Positions 1 to 11,877 of a DNA stretch of 37,340 bases are shown one piece after another. Under the pieces are notes generated by a model. The model was given only the letters and a program-made list of their open reading frames with translations. It made no database searches and was not told the origin of the DNA. The number at the start of each line of letters is the position of its first letter. Within the stretch, counting starts at the first letter, position 1. The translations under genes and the position numbers were made by a program. Source of the stretch: Octopus bimaculoides (Eukaryota); contig NC_068982.1 of assembly GCF_001194135.2 (NCBI RefSeq), forward strand, positions 72,481,479 through 72,518,818, written 5' to 3'.

Positions 1-133
1 TTATTGGAACAAACGAGAAAGTTCTAGTAAAAAAACAATTATTTTAACAGTATTTTGTGGCATAGAAACTCATAAATTTATTGTGTACGAATACTTTTTT
101 CACCCCTAAATATTTATAATTGCATATAAATTC

Positions 134-174
134 ATTAGTTGCTATAATTTATTAGTTGCTATAATTTATTAGTT
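134..174 (+). repeat. 17-bp tandem repeat x2.4
   Basis: ATTAGTTGCTATAATTT at 134-150 and 151-167, partial at 168-174. Confidence 0.95.
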
Positions 175-1531
175 TCTTTTGCATATTCTTAGTTTATGCA
201 TGTGTATGCAAATATAGTATTGGTATATCCCATTTATGTTCATTATACATTCTGAATTATATAAATTTTTTTTATAAGTCTCAAGTTACTCCAGGGGCAG
301 AAAAAGATTGGAAATGAATATCATATATGCTGCATGGATGCCAGAGTAATATGTCCTGTGTACCACACATGAAAGACAAAACAGGGAAGGAGCTAAGAAA
401 GCCAAAAAGCAATGAAACAAAACAAAAACAACACTATAATAAATCATTTAAATAAAATCTTTCAATTTAGATCAAAGACAACTTAGTTAAACAGAGGTAA
501 TTAGCAAAATTAGAGAGTATGGAGAAACACTACCATCACAACTCTTACACTTCTAGATAGGAGTATAACCAAACAGCAGGGGACCTTCTAATAAAGAAAG
601 ACAACTAAATCTTTGGCACTTAATAGGGGTCCATGCACACATACATATTACACACACACACAGAGTATACATTAGTGGAGTGGACAGGATCTTTTGTTTT
701 ATTGTTTTTGTCCTGTGGTAGCAAAGCTTTTTATTTAATGCCAGCCACTTTGATAAATTGCAGAAACATACAAGCCTTGTGGCGTCAAAATCAGGGGAAC
801 AGGGAGAAAGGGAGGGATCAAGAAAGGCCCAGCCCTCTGCCACAAATAAACAATAGCTTATAAGAATAAGTGCATACAGGAGGCAGGGGATGGAGCCGCC
901 AGTACTCTGGTGTCAGTCCCTTTATGTGTGTGATGGAGAGAGGGACAGGGAGATAAAGGGGAGAGGAGAGGAGAAGAGAGATGGGGAGAGACAGAAAGAG
1001 GGAGCATAGAAGGAAATAAAGGACTGATGATGGACTACAAGAGAGAGAATGCAGGGAATTATTTCAGAAACCTGCCTCTATCAGCCTCTTAAAAAGAACA
1101 GCATAACATACAGCTGGATAGTTCCACTGAGGGTAGAGAATGAAGTGAGTGAGAGTGTGTGTTGAAGAGAAGAAATGGAACCAGAATAGGTTGAGGTTGG
1201 ACAGAACAGATAACTAAGAAGGAATGAAGAATGGGTAACAATGGAGATAGATAGATAGATAGATAGAGAGGGGGGGGGCTGTGCTTGCATTATGCAAGAT
1301 TTATCAAAAAGTATGATATGATAATACAAATGAATATTGGTCAGTTTTATGGCTTTATGCCCTAGTGTAACTATGATGGCATAAAGTCATGATGTAACTC
1401 AAAGCAAGCTATTATGTGTGACTCTAAAGATCATACTGGATTTCATAGCTGTTTTGTCTAAAACCAACTTTAACATTTTACCAGACACAATTTAAAATAT
1501 TAACTACAAAAATGAAGGCTCATTGGAAGCC

Positions 1532-1707
1532 TTAATCCATTGGCATTTAAATTGACCTGATCCAGTCTCTCACACCTATCCTACAATGTCATTCTAAAAA
1601 TAATCACATTTTCAAAATTTTGAATCTGTGATAATGCATGATTAATTCAAAACAATGTGAATAGATAAGCATTTTATTTGACAGTAATTTGAATGCTAAA
1701 GGGTTAA
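1532..1707 (+). mobile_element. piggyBac-type MITE copy (internally deleted)
   Basis: Ends GAATGCTAAAGGG-TTAA; shared core CTCTCACACCTA.CCTACAATGTCATTCTAAAAA. Confidence 0.75.
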
Positions 1708-2621
1708 ATGAAGAGAGATTAACCAATCAACTTTATTCAGTAATATTACGTAGTTATATATTTTGGGAGATGAGGCAATTTGCTGTACAACACATGTCAA
1801 AGCTAAGTAAAATCATTGTCTTCCACACATACAAGCTTGCCCTTTCAGGTGTCAGTGCCACTTATAAAGTACCTGTGCTGGTGCAGCATTAATGCACCCA
1901 TGTCAGGTGTGTTCTAAACTCAGAACATGGAGATGGACAAAATGCTGCTAAGCATTTTCCCTGTTGAGCTAATGATTCTGCCAGCTCACTGCCTTAATTT
2001 CACCCTAGTATATTGAGCAATGAATGCCATTTGTATGAACAGTGACTCTTTGTTTACAAACAGAACATATATGTCAAGACAAGGAATATGGACTCACTTG
2101 TGCAAATGTACATATACATTATCTATTTTTCTACTTCTCTCTCTCATCATCATCATCATCATTCAGTGCCTGTTTTACTGTTTTCTATGCTGGCATGGGT
2201 TGGACGGTTTGACTGGAGCTGGTAAGGCCAAGGGAAACACCATTGTTCTGGAATGGTTTCGACAGCTCGTTGCCCTTCCTAACACCAACCACATACATCA
2301 GAATGTACTATGTACTTTTTATGTGGCACCACCACTGCTATCAATTTTGCTGTGGAGAACGAGTCTTCTTGAGTACAACAGCATGATGAATACGCACACA
2401 CACACACACACAAAATGGAGTTTTTTCTATTTCCTTTTACCAAATTACATTTATAAGGTATTGGTCGACCTGCAGCTATCATGGGATACCAGCCAAATAG
2501 ATTCCATGCAGTTGGATCAAACCCCAGACCTGAAAAGTACACCACCTTCTTAAAAGCAGAAAAGCACTTTGAATAATGCAGTCCAAGATACACTGAATAA
2601 AAAAGAAAATCATGATGATCA

Positions 2622-3215
2622 TCACTGGCATGGTATCCTCCAACATTTTAATGTTTACTTTTCCATGCTAGCATGGGTCAGAGTTTGTCAAGGCAGGTTT
2701 TCCTCAGTTGAGTACCCTTTCTGTTACTAACCCTTACCTGTTTCCAAGCAAGCTAATATTTCCCCATAGCCAGATATGTTCTTGCAGAATAATGGAAATG
2801 TTGATTTCAAATTTTGGCACAAATCCAGCAAGTTCGGGGGAGGGTCTGAGTTGATTACACTGACCCCAGTGCTCAACTGGAACTTATTTTATCGACCTCA
2901 AAAGGATAAAAGACAAAAATCAACCTTGGCGGAACTTGAACTCAGAACATAAAGACAGATGTAATGCTACCAACAGTTCTGCCAGCTTGCCTCTTGAATA
3001 TTGAAAATGAATGACATGACACTCGTTTACCAACTATCAAGACAAGAAGACACACATACACACACAGAGGCTTTTTTTAGTTTCTGTCTACCAATTCTAC
3101 TCAAAAAGTCTTGTATAAATAATGGCTATAGTAGAAGTCATTTGTCCTAGGCAGCATGCACTGGGACTGAACTAAGAACCATGTGGTTGGAAAACAAACT
3201 TCTTAATCATATGGT
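2622..3215 (-). mobile_element. SINE family B interrupted by a family C SINE
   Basis: Tail 2622-2800 and head 3010-3215 are separated by insert 2801-2995, which is flanked by GAATAATGGAAATG / GAATATTGAAAATG. Confidence 0.8.
2801..2995 (-). mobile_element. SINE family C (GGCGAGCTGGCAG head)
   Basis: ACCCCAGTGCTCAACTGG..TTTTATCGACC..AAAGGAT..GAACTCAGAAC..TTCTGCCAGCT; homologous to 26690-26868; 14-bp diverged TSD. Confidence 0.8.
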
Positions 3216-3410
3216 CATGGCAACACAAATCTAGCAAATTATGACTGATTTAATCAATGACATTTGAAAGGAGATCTGTGCTAAATGTATAAGGTTTCCA
3301 ATTTGGAAGATTAATTCAGTTTTGCAGATTAGTAAGAGTATGCAACCATGAAGATATCTATTAAAAATTCATGTCTAATGTTTGAATTGGGATATTCAAA
3401 CCAAATAGGC

Positions 3411-3933
3411 ATTGGCATGGCTGTGTAGCAAAGAAGTTTGCTTCTCACTCACATGGTTTTGGGTTCAGTCTCACTGCATGACACCTAGGACAAATGTCTT
3501 CTACTGTAGTCCTGGGCCAACCAAAGCCCTGTGAGTGAATTTGGTAAAGGGAAACTGAAAGAATCCCATTGTATGCATTGTACGTGTGTGTGTGTGTGTT
3601 AACCTTGACACCTAGTGATAGCTGTCATACAAGAAGAGTCATTTTTCCCATCTACCATGGGGACATGTTGAGTTATGGAGAAATATTACCAGTGTCTGCA
3701 CAGTGAGAATGAAGCAAACTTTTTAATCATATAGCCAAGTTTTATACAATCCATCAGTTGGTACTTATTTTAATCATACTGGTTAAGAAGTTTTGCTTCT
3801 CAACCTCATGGTTTCAGGTTCAGTCCCACTGTGTGGCTCTGTAGATAAATGTCTCCTACTATAGCCCGGGGGGGGGGGGGACCAAAGCCTAGTGAGTGGA
3901 TTTGGTGGATGGAAACTGAAAGAAGTCTATCAT
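3411..3933 (+). mobile_element. Two adjacent SINE copies (family B 3411-3700; head-only 3778-3933)
   Basis: Both carry the GGTTC/TCAGTC B-box region and the CCAAAGCC.TGTGAGTG..TTTGG..GA.GGAAACTGAAAGAA body. Confidence 0.8.
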
Positions 3934-3939
3934 ATTTGT

Positions 3940-4200
3940 GGAGGCATGTGGGTTAGTGGTTCGGGTGTTGGACTCGTGATTGTAAGATTGTGGTTTTGAT
4001 TTCTGGACAAGGCGACACATTGTGTTCTTGAGCAAAACACTTCATTTCACATTGCTCCAGTCCACTCAGTTAATAAAAATGAGTAATCTTGTGACAGACC
4101 GGTGTCCTGTCCAAGTGGGGAATTTATATGCCATAGAAACCAGGAAACCGGCCCCTATAAGTTGGCATGACTTGAGATGGTAACTTTCTTTTTTTTTTTT
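3940..4200 (+). mobile_element. tRNA-headed SINE family D (Meta-domain-like)
   Basis: GTGTTCTTGAGCAAAACACTTCATTTCACATTGCTCCAGTCCACTCAG followed by GACAGACCGGTGTCCTGTCC..ATGCCATAGAAACC, resembling the Meta core as I recall it; reverse copy at 12540-12771. Confidence 0.7.
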
Positions 4201-4224
4201 ACATATTCTGATGTGAGTATGCAT

Positions 4225-4475
4225 GTGTGTGTTACTATTTCCTCACCTTGACATTGTGTGATAGTCACAAGTGAGTGTCACTGACATACAAACAGTTTCA
4301 TTCATTTCCAGTATTCCATGGAAACAATGTCTGGCCAGTGGGGAAGTATTACCTTGCATGAAAACAGGTGAGGGTTGGCAGCAGGAAGAGCATTGTAGCT
4401 TAAGTTATTCTACCTCAACAAACTCTATTCAACCCAGGCAAGCATGGAAAAATAGATGTTAATAAACAATGAGGA
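4225..4475 (+). mobile_element. SINE family B tail module (also 6830-7095 -, 13590-13830 +; head module 16325-16505 -, 35880-36050 +)
   Basis: CCTTGACAT..GTGATAG..GAGTGTCACT..CATACAA..ATGTCTGGCCA..GGGAA.TATTACCTTGC. Confidence 0.75.
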
Positions 4476-4839
4476 TGATGAGGTTAAGGTAACCTTTGCA
4501 TTGAAGAGAACAGTGTATCCAGTTGGATATCTATTGCTGTACCAAACTGTAGAATAATTTGATATTACCTTGTGCTTTAGGTTAGCTTTAAACAACAACT
4601 GTAGGTTTTGGTGAATTATTACATTACTGAACATGAATTCCTGGTGAAATCTTGAGATAACGAGGAAGAAGGGGAGGAAGATTATAACTGAACACCCTTA
4701 TGGCTTGCAGAAAATTTGCTCCAATGATGCAAAACTGTGACATCTCATCCTTAACAGTAATTGGATAGTGACCACAGAACTGTTGCAGCCAAATCAATAA
4801 TCACACACACACATGATAGTACACAGACAGACATAGTAC

Positions 4840-4927
4840 ACTCACACACACACACACATATATAGAAGGAACATTGCAAGTAAACTCACACACACACACA
4901 TACACATATATAGAAGGAACATTGCAA
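4840..4927 (+). repeat. About 44-bp tandem duplication
   Basis: ACT(CA)nTATATAGAAGGAACATTGCAA twice. Confidence 0.9.
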
Positions 4928-5802
4928 TGTGGAAATCACCAAAATATTTTACTCTCCTGCTATATTATATTTCTGGGTTATTTAAACTGCAATCTATGCA
5001 AGCAAAGGGATTCCCCCACCACCCTAGCTATTTCATAAATGAACGGTTGCTAAGCAAGTCACCTGCTGTGGTGCTCAGACTAATGTTTAAATTTACAGCT
5101 CTGTCCACCCATTGCAATCAGATTAAAAAGCAAAAAAGAAACAAATGAAGGAAAACTCTGAAATGCCGCCGCCACCACCACCACCATCACTACCCTATCT
5201 TGTTTACAAATGTGTTCAAAAATATTTGAAACTAGTCCCTGAATGCCAACTACTTATCTTGTATCCAAGCTAAGAACACACACGCACATACAGACGGTAG
5301 ATTCTGCTGTTGTAAACAACAGACAAAGGTTCTGCAACTTCTTGTTGAACAGCCTGCGCAGATGATTTGTTTACAGTGCTCAAATATTTGTTCAGTATAT
5401 TAGCTCACTCCAGCCAACAAGTCAGCATTACCTGTACAGGTGCACAGTGAACCACATATCAGATGTTGAAGTGTTGCACAAGAACACAAAGCACTGCATG
5501 GTGCAGGAATTGAAACCACAATCTTGTGAGTGCAACTCATTAACCACAAGGCCATGCTCCTATACATACATACATACATGCATATATATATATATACATG
5601 TGTGTGTATATAACTCAATGTAAAAATGTGTTTCCACATGATCACTAGAAATAGCTGCCAAATCTTCCTCCAACTACACTGCTGACACACTGTGCTTGAA
5701 TGTAAAATGGAATAATTGTGTCTGGAGCATCTCTGATCATAGATCTACTTGATCAGGACTGACCTGGGTTTAAGTAACAACAACAACAACAATATATGCC
5801 CT

Positions 5803-6206
5803 AGGAGTGGCTGTGTGGTAAGTAGCTTGCTTACGAACCACATGGTTCCGGGTTCAGTCCCACTGTGTGGCACCTTGGGCAAGTGTCTTCTACTATAGCC
5901 TCGGGCCGACCAAAGCCTTGTGAGTGGATTTGGTAGACGAAAACTGAAAGAAGCCCATCGCATACATGTATATATATATATATATATGTGTGTGTTTGTG
6001 TGTCTGTGTTTGTCCCCCCACCATCGCTTGACAACCAATGCTGGTGTGTTTACGTCCCCGTAACTTAACAGTTTGGCTAAAGAGACCGATAGAATAAGTA
6101 CTAGGCTTACAAAGAATAAGTCCTGGGGTCGATTAGCTCGATTAAAAGGCGGTGCTCCAGCATGGCCACGGTCAAATGACTGAAACAATTAAACGAATAA
6201 AAGAGT
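5803..6206 (+). mobile_element. tRNA-headed SINE, family A (full length, young)
   Basis: Pol III A-box-like TGGCTGTGTGG (5808-18) and B-box-like GGTTCAGTCCC (5851-61); central (TA)n(TG)n; tail ...CAGCATGGCC..AGTCAAATGACTGAAAC; highly similar to 9437-9838. Confidence 0.9.
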
Positions 6207-6310
6207 AATCAACTGTTAAGTAAAAATTAGAAGGTCAGTTATAAATATACACAGCATAACTCTATCATCAAGACTTCTGACACAATACAACAGCCATCAC
6301 TGAAATCAGT

Positions 6311-6535
6311 TTAACCCTTTAGCATTTAAACCGGCCATATCTGGCCAAAATATTCTGTGTTGCATTCAAACTGGCCAGATCTGGCCTCTCACATCAACCC
6401 TACATTATCATTCTAAAAATTAACAGTTACCTCATCAAAATGTCACAGCTACAAGACAATGCCTGATTAATTCAAAAACAATGGGGATACAAGAGTATTA
6501 CTTTTGACAGAATAATATGAATGCTGAAGGGCTAA
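6311..6535 (+). mobile_element. piggyBac-type MITE (TTAA-CCCTTTAGCATT...AATGCTAAAGGG-TTAA family), best copy
   Basis: TTAA CCCTTTAGCATT at the left, AATGCTGAAGGG CTAA at the right; internal sequence shared with five other copies in the window. Confidence 0.8.
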
Positions 6536-7342
6536 AATACTCTCATAACTGACAAATATCTATTTTTTGAGGCAAAAGTAGATAATTATATCTAAACCTT
6601 ACATAAGAAAATAAAAAATAAAAAAAATTAAAATTCTGTATACAAAGCAGGTTAAGTGTGTCTATGTAGAAATAGGCACAGGCATGGATGTGTGGGTTTG
6701 ATTTCCACCCTACTGTGTGGCACCTTGGCAAACATCTTTAACTACAAGAAGTCTTTCATATATACGTATCTATTCATGTGTGTGTGTGTGCTTTCAATTA
6801 CATTTCTCCAAAACTCACTGATCTCCAAGCTGTGAGTTTGTGGTCATTTCCCCCTGTCAACAAATTAATTGTCTGCTGGTTTTGTGCATCGTGAAGACAT
6901 GGAATAAGAAATCTCTTACTTGAAAATGTAAAAAACAAGTCAAGTTTAGAGACAAGAAGGGCATCCTGGTGTTGTCTGTTTCCAGTTTTCCAATGTCTGG
7001 CCCATGAGAAAATATTAGCTTACATGGAAACAAGTTAGCGGTTAGGGGAAGCAACATGAAGGGCATTCAGTTATAGAAAATCTGTAATGATGATACACAC
7101 ACACCTGTGAGTGTGTGTGTGTATATAGACATACATGTATGCATAGCTGTAATTACACACACACTGGTATACATAGACATGCATATATATATATATGTAT
7201 ATACATCTATCTAATCCAAATTGGCTGAAAAAAAAACAAACATGAAAATAAAGAAAGATCAACAGACAAAACAAGAGACACATCAATAGAAATGAAACTC
7301 CAGCTTGGCCACAGTCAACAAATTACAACAAATACATGGATA

Positions 7343-8180
7343 TACAGGGTGTGACAAGTACATTGTCACCATTTTATATTTTTAATTTCGCGCATGTGCA
7401 TTGTTTGTTTTTGATTTTGTCAACTATACAGTATAGTAGGGTCAGTTGGACACTGTCTGTGAGAAAACCAACGCCATGATGCAATTCATTCTGCCAGAAA
7501 TTTGGAAACGACATGCTGTACTGCTTGGTATTTGTGACGGAAGTTCCAATACAAACATGTACCAATAAGAACATGTACCGAGAGTGATAAAAATTAAACA
7601 TCTAGTCAACATCATCGTGTTTAAAGTGATCACTAGTGATGACAACGTTATACCTCCATTCATCTTACTACATGGCCTCTGACTCAACATGGAGGCCTAC
7701 ATCAAGTGCCTGGAGGAGGTAGTGTTGCTCTGGGTCAAGAGGGTTGCTGCTGGACGACCCTGTTTCTGGCAACAGGACTCTGCAGCGTGCCACGCAAGCA
7801 GGAGAACCCAGTCAAGGGTGTCAGACAATTTCTGCGACCACATCACCCCTAACATTTAGCCACACTGCAAACACCTTGATTATTATATGTGGAGCGCAGT
7901 TGAGTGAAACCAACAGAACTTTTTGCAACATCAAGGATGAACTGAAGGCAAGGATTATGGCAGCATTCACCAACTTAAATAAGGAGACCATACAGAAGAG
8001 TTACAGGAGATGCCGAAGTCGTCTGGAGGCTGTGGTTGAAGCCAATGGCAATTTTATTGAATAAATTTACTCTTTTGTATTTCCAGATATTTTTATGTAA
8101 TTTTGGTAAATATATCTGTTAGAATGAGATGTCAGTGTTATTTTCATTTTTGCGTAATTTAGTCGACAATATATTCACCG

Positions 8181-8185
<5 letters not shown>
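7343..8185 (+). mobile_element. Internally deleted, decayed Tc1/mariner transposon, maT (DD37D)-like
   Basis: Starts TA-CAGGGTG. N-terminus MMQFILPEIWKRHAVLLGI (from 7476) is joined to the catalytic half VPRVIKIKH..PPFI..YIKCLEEVVL..WQQDSAACHASRRTQ..LDYYMW..KDELKARI..RSRLEAVVEANGNFIE* (ends 8064), with in-frame stops and a frameshift. Right TIR is degenerate (...GACAATATATTCACCGC). Confidence 0.9.
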
Positions 8186-8223
<38 letters not shown>

Positions 8224-8527
8224 CAGAATTCTGACAAAGATACAACCAATAACAGGAAATGTAAAATACTGGAACAAAAATATAATCATGCTTTGAAATA
8301 TGCTGCCATAGATATATTTATCGACTGTAGACATCAATCTGCAGTGTGATATGGAAATAACAGAGAATCAGTGAAAAGCTTTTGTACACTGAATTAGAAT
8401 AGAAATATTTATAGAAACGAATATACCAAAGAATTGACCTAGTAGTAAAGACATGTTGAAATGTCAGGATGTATTAGAACAGTAGTTTCATGTGACTAAC
8501 CATTTATTGTTGTTGTTCCCTAGACAG

Positions 8528-8602
8528 AGTTTTACCCGAGTCAAATTTGAGCTTCTCCCTATATACAATTTTGGGTTACATAATAAAGAGTATGAACAGC
8601 AG
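8528..8602 (+). CDS. Candidate internal exon, unidentified protein (SFTRVKFELLPIYNFGLHNKEYEQQ)
   Basis: Branch GACTAAC, pyrimidine tract, TAG(8521-23)/CAG(8525-27) acceptors, CAG|GTATTT donor; open frame; unique sequence; no homology recognised. Confidence 0.3.
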
Positions 8603-8676
8603 GTATTTTTAGGTGGGCTTCCTTGTCTCAGACACTATTTTAGTGGTCTTACTTGATATATTTTGAAATAGTTACA

Positions 8677-8884
8677 TTAACCATTTAAACCCAGCCCAAA
8701 TATTCTGCCAGTTTTGTATTCAAACCATCCAGATCCAACCTCTCACACCTGCACTACAGTGTCATTCTAACAATAATAAAATCACATCATCCAAAATGTT
8801 AAAGCTGAGATAATGTATGATTAATTCAGAACAATGTGAACAAACACTACATTTGACAAAGGAATCTGAATGTTCAAGAGTTAA
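8677..8884 (+). mobile_element. piggyBac-type MITE copy
   Basis: TTAA at both ends; shared core CTCTCACACCT..CTACAGTGTCATTCTAAA..GATAATGTATGATTAATTCA. Confidence 0.75.
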
Positions 8885-8959
8885 GTAAATATATATGTGA
8901 GTGTATGTATACATACTCATGCATATAGCGATACACAAAAACACTTGTGTAAATATATA

Positions 8960-8993
8960 TATATTTATTTACACAAGTGTTTTTGTGTGTGTG

Positions 8994-9031
<38 letters not shown>

Positions 9032-9041
9032 NNNNNNNNNN

Positions 9042-9086
<45 letters not shown>

Positions 9087-9300
9087 AAAATCCACCATAT
9101 CGGTAAAATTTATTTCGAAGTATATAATTATAATTAAGAGTGCTTGAGGGCCAACGCCAGTCCATTCCCTTACATTCAGCCCCGTTATAAAAAGAGAAAT
9201 TTAGAGTGGCTTGTAGACATTTAACATCTACTTCTAGCGTATTAGTGTTGGCCCTCCAGCACTCTTAATTATAATTATATTTTTATAATTATATACTTAA

Positions 9301-9346
<46 letters not shown>

Positions 9347-9430
9347 GTATATATATATGCATGTGTGTGTGTGTGTGTGTATATATACACACACACACAC
9401 ATATAGAGATACACAAAAGCATGTGTGTGT
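8960..9430. repeat. (TA)n/(TG)n/(CA)n microsatellites flanking a MITE
   Basis: Visible; includes a 10-N gap at 9032-9041. Confidence 0.9.
9123..9279. mobile_element. Short MITE with about 25-bp TIRs flanked by palindromic TATAATTATA
   Basis: ATTAAGAGTGCTTGAGGGCCAACGC (9133-57) versus GTGTTGGCCCTCCAGCACTCTTAAT (9245-69), 2 mismatches; TATAATTATA at 9123-32 and 9270-79. Confidence 0.8.
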
Positions 9431-9436
9431 ATTTTT

Positions 9437-9592
9437 GTGGCTGTATGGTAAGTAGCTTGCTTACCAACCACATGGTTCCGGGTTCAGTCCCACTGCATGG
9501 CACCTTGGGCAAGTGTCTTCTACTATAGCCTCGGGCCGACCAAAGCCTTGTGAGTGGATTTGGTAGACGGAAACTGAAAGAAGCCTGTCGTA

Positions 9593-9653
<61 letters not shown>

Positions 9654-9838
9654 TTGTGTGTCTATGTTTGTCCCCCCACCATCGCTTGACAACCGATGCT
9701 GGTGTGTTTACGTCCCCGTAACTTAGCGGTTCGGCAAAAAGAGACCAATAGAATAAGTCCTGGGGTCGATTTGCTCGACTAAAGGTGGTGCTCCAGCATG
9801 GCCGCAGTCAAATGACTGAAACAAGTAAAAGAGTAAGA
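9437..9838 (+). mobile_element. tRNA-headed SINE, family A (full length, young)
   Basis: Highly similar to 5803-6206; source of ORF-track artefact 9297-9692. Confidence 0.9.
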
Positions 9839-9919
9839 GAGCATACACACAAACATAGAAAGAGATAGGTGATGTGAGTGAGAATAAGTATGCCCAGAGA
9901 GACACTCTTTACACCAATA

Positions 9920-10075
9920 GACGGTCCAGTTATTGAGTTGACAACAATATGATAGAAAAAGCAACAAAGATATGAAGACGAGGGAAGCACTTGGTCCATC
10001 AGGAATTACTGCTGAGATGCTTGAAATATCTGGTGGAGTGGGATATGGCCCAGTGACCTGTATTGTGATAAGATT
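9920..10075 (+). mobile_element. RTE-clade LINE reverse transcriptase fragment
   Basis: Decayed translation MIEKA.KDMKTREALGPSGITAEMLEISGGVGYGPVTCIV matches the K(A)PGP.GI.AEML motif that precedes non-LTR RT domain 1. Confidence 0.8.
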
Positions 10076-10439
10076 GTCTAGGAAGAGAGAGAGAGAGAGA
10101 GAGAGAGCGGGAGAGAGTGACGCACAAGAAGATCAAGAGAATGCTTAGAAAGAATGAACCAATAGAAAGTGGAGTAATGCAGACCTGGTCAAGCATCAGA
10201 GAAGTCACAGGAATCAACCTCTGGTAAATTGTGGAAAAGTGGTCTGTTCAGTTAAAGGATTAAAAACACATGTCAAAAGACCTGATTCTTTTGCCAGCCA
10301 GCACAATGTGCCTTATGTAATAATATGAGCCAATCTTTGGCAGGGCTCAATAGTCATATAAGGACTTCAAGCTATGTTTTCAATGACTTATTTTACTGAT
10401 TCTTTCTAGTAATGGCTTTGGTCATTTACAAGGAAGCAG

Positions 10440-10600
10440 CCACTATATACATACATATACATATATATGTATATATAGAAGTAAATACACATACGTATAT
10501 AAATATGTATACTTATATATATATATATATACATATATACGTACATACATACATACACATTTTTATACACATACATACATATATACACATTCATATATGT

Positions 10601-10672
<72 letters not shown>

Positions 10673-11330
10673 ATATATACACAGACATAAATCTATACAT
10701 ATATATAGATACACACACATAAATCACATGCACACCAGGTGGTACTATTAGGTGGCCGAAACTTATCAAAGTTATATATGTACATGCCTACATACACAGC
10801 CGCATACACACAGGAGTGCACACACAAAATAACACACATACCTGGCACACATCCTTACGCTCTCACACACATACATACACAAAACCACACACACACATAC
10901 ACATATACACACACACCTCTCACATACACAATACTCACTCACGTACATAACACACACGCACGCACGAAAAATATACACATACACATACATGCACGCATAA
11001 AAAATATACACATACATGCACGCACAAAAAATATACACACACACGCACATCCACACACACGTACACACCCACATACACACACACTTCTCACCAACACTAC
11101 ACAGACATGCATACAATCACACACACATGGGCATAAACAACACACGCACATACAATAGCAAACGCACGCACACACACGTACACAGCAACGCACATATACA
11201 CAACATACACATACACACAAACACACACGCACGCACAAAAACATACACATACACACACGCGCGCATACAAAATACACACACACACGTACACGTACCCAAC
11301 ACCTACAACCCCACACAAACACGAACACAC
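10440..11330. repeat. Compound (TA)n / decayed (CA,CATA,CACG)n microsatellite field
   Basis: Directly visible; generates most ORF-track entries between 10406 and 11474. Confidence 0.95.
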
Positions 11331-11677
11331 ATACTCAAAAAACCGCCTGTTGACCTTCTGCCTAACACTGTCTATAAGCATCCACTAACCATTCCTGCTA
11401 CTAATTCTCCTTTTACTCTGCCTCAACATACTCCTATCTCAGGTTTTATTACCTTTTCATTCTCTTCTGATTAAACCCAAAACCATCTTCATAAGAAGCA
11501 AACTTTTCAATTCCACAAACACATGAAAATACTCAATACACTCTGTAAAGTGGTTGGTGTTAGGGAATGCATCCAACCACAGAAATCATGCCAAAGAAAA
11601 CACTGGAGTTCAGCAGTTTTCTGGCTTGGCAGCCCATGTCAAACTGCCCAACTGATACCAGCATGGAAAAACAGACA

Positions 11678-11877
11678 CTAACCCTTCAACATTTAAACCA
11701 CCCAAATATTCTACTTGTATTATTTTTCAAACTGGCTATATCTGGTCTCTCACACCTAACCCACAATGTCATTGTAAAAATAAACAATGACATCATCAAA
11801 ATCTCAAAGCTGCAAGATTTTGAGTAATCAATAGAAAATGTGAATTAGACAGAGTAATCTGAACGCTTAAGAGTTAA
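11678..11877 (+). mobile_element. piggyBac-type MITE copy
   Basis: CTAA-CCCTTCAACATT...GAACGCTTAAGAG-TTAA; same core. Confidence 0.75.

Noticed and set aside
5803-5870. tRNA gene call for A/B-box-containing heads
   Set aside because: No cloverleaf completion; continues into SINE body and tail in every copy.
5745-9692. Recurrent peptide FSFRLPNPLTRLWSARGYSRRHLPKVP in several ORFs
   Set aside because: Antisense translation of SINE family A/B heads, not a gene family.
10406-11474. Many His/Thr, Cys/Val and Ile/Tyr-rich ORFs
   Set aside because: Translations of (TA)n/(CA)n microsatellites.
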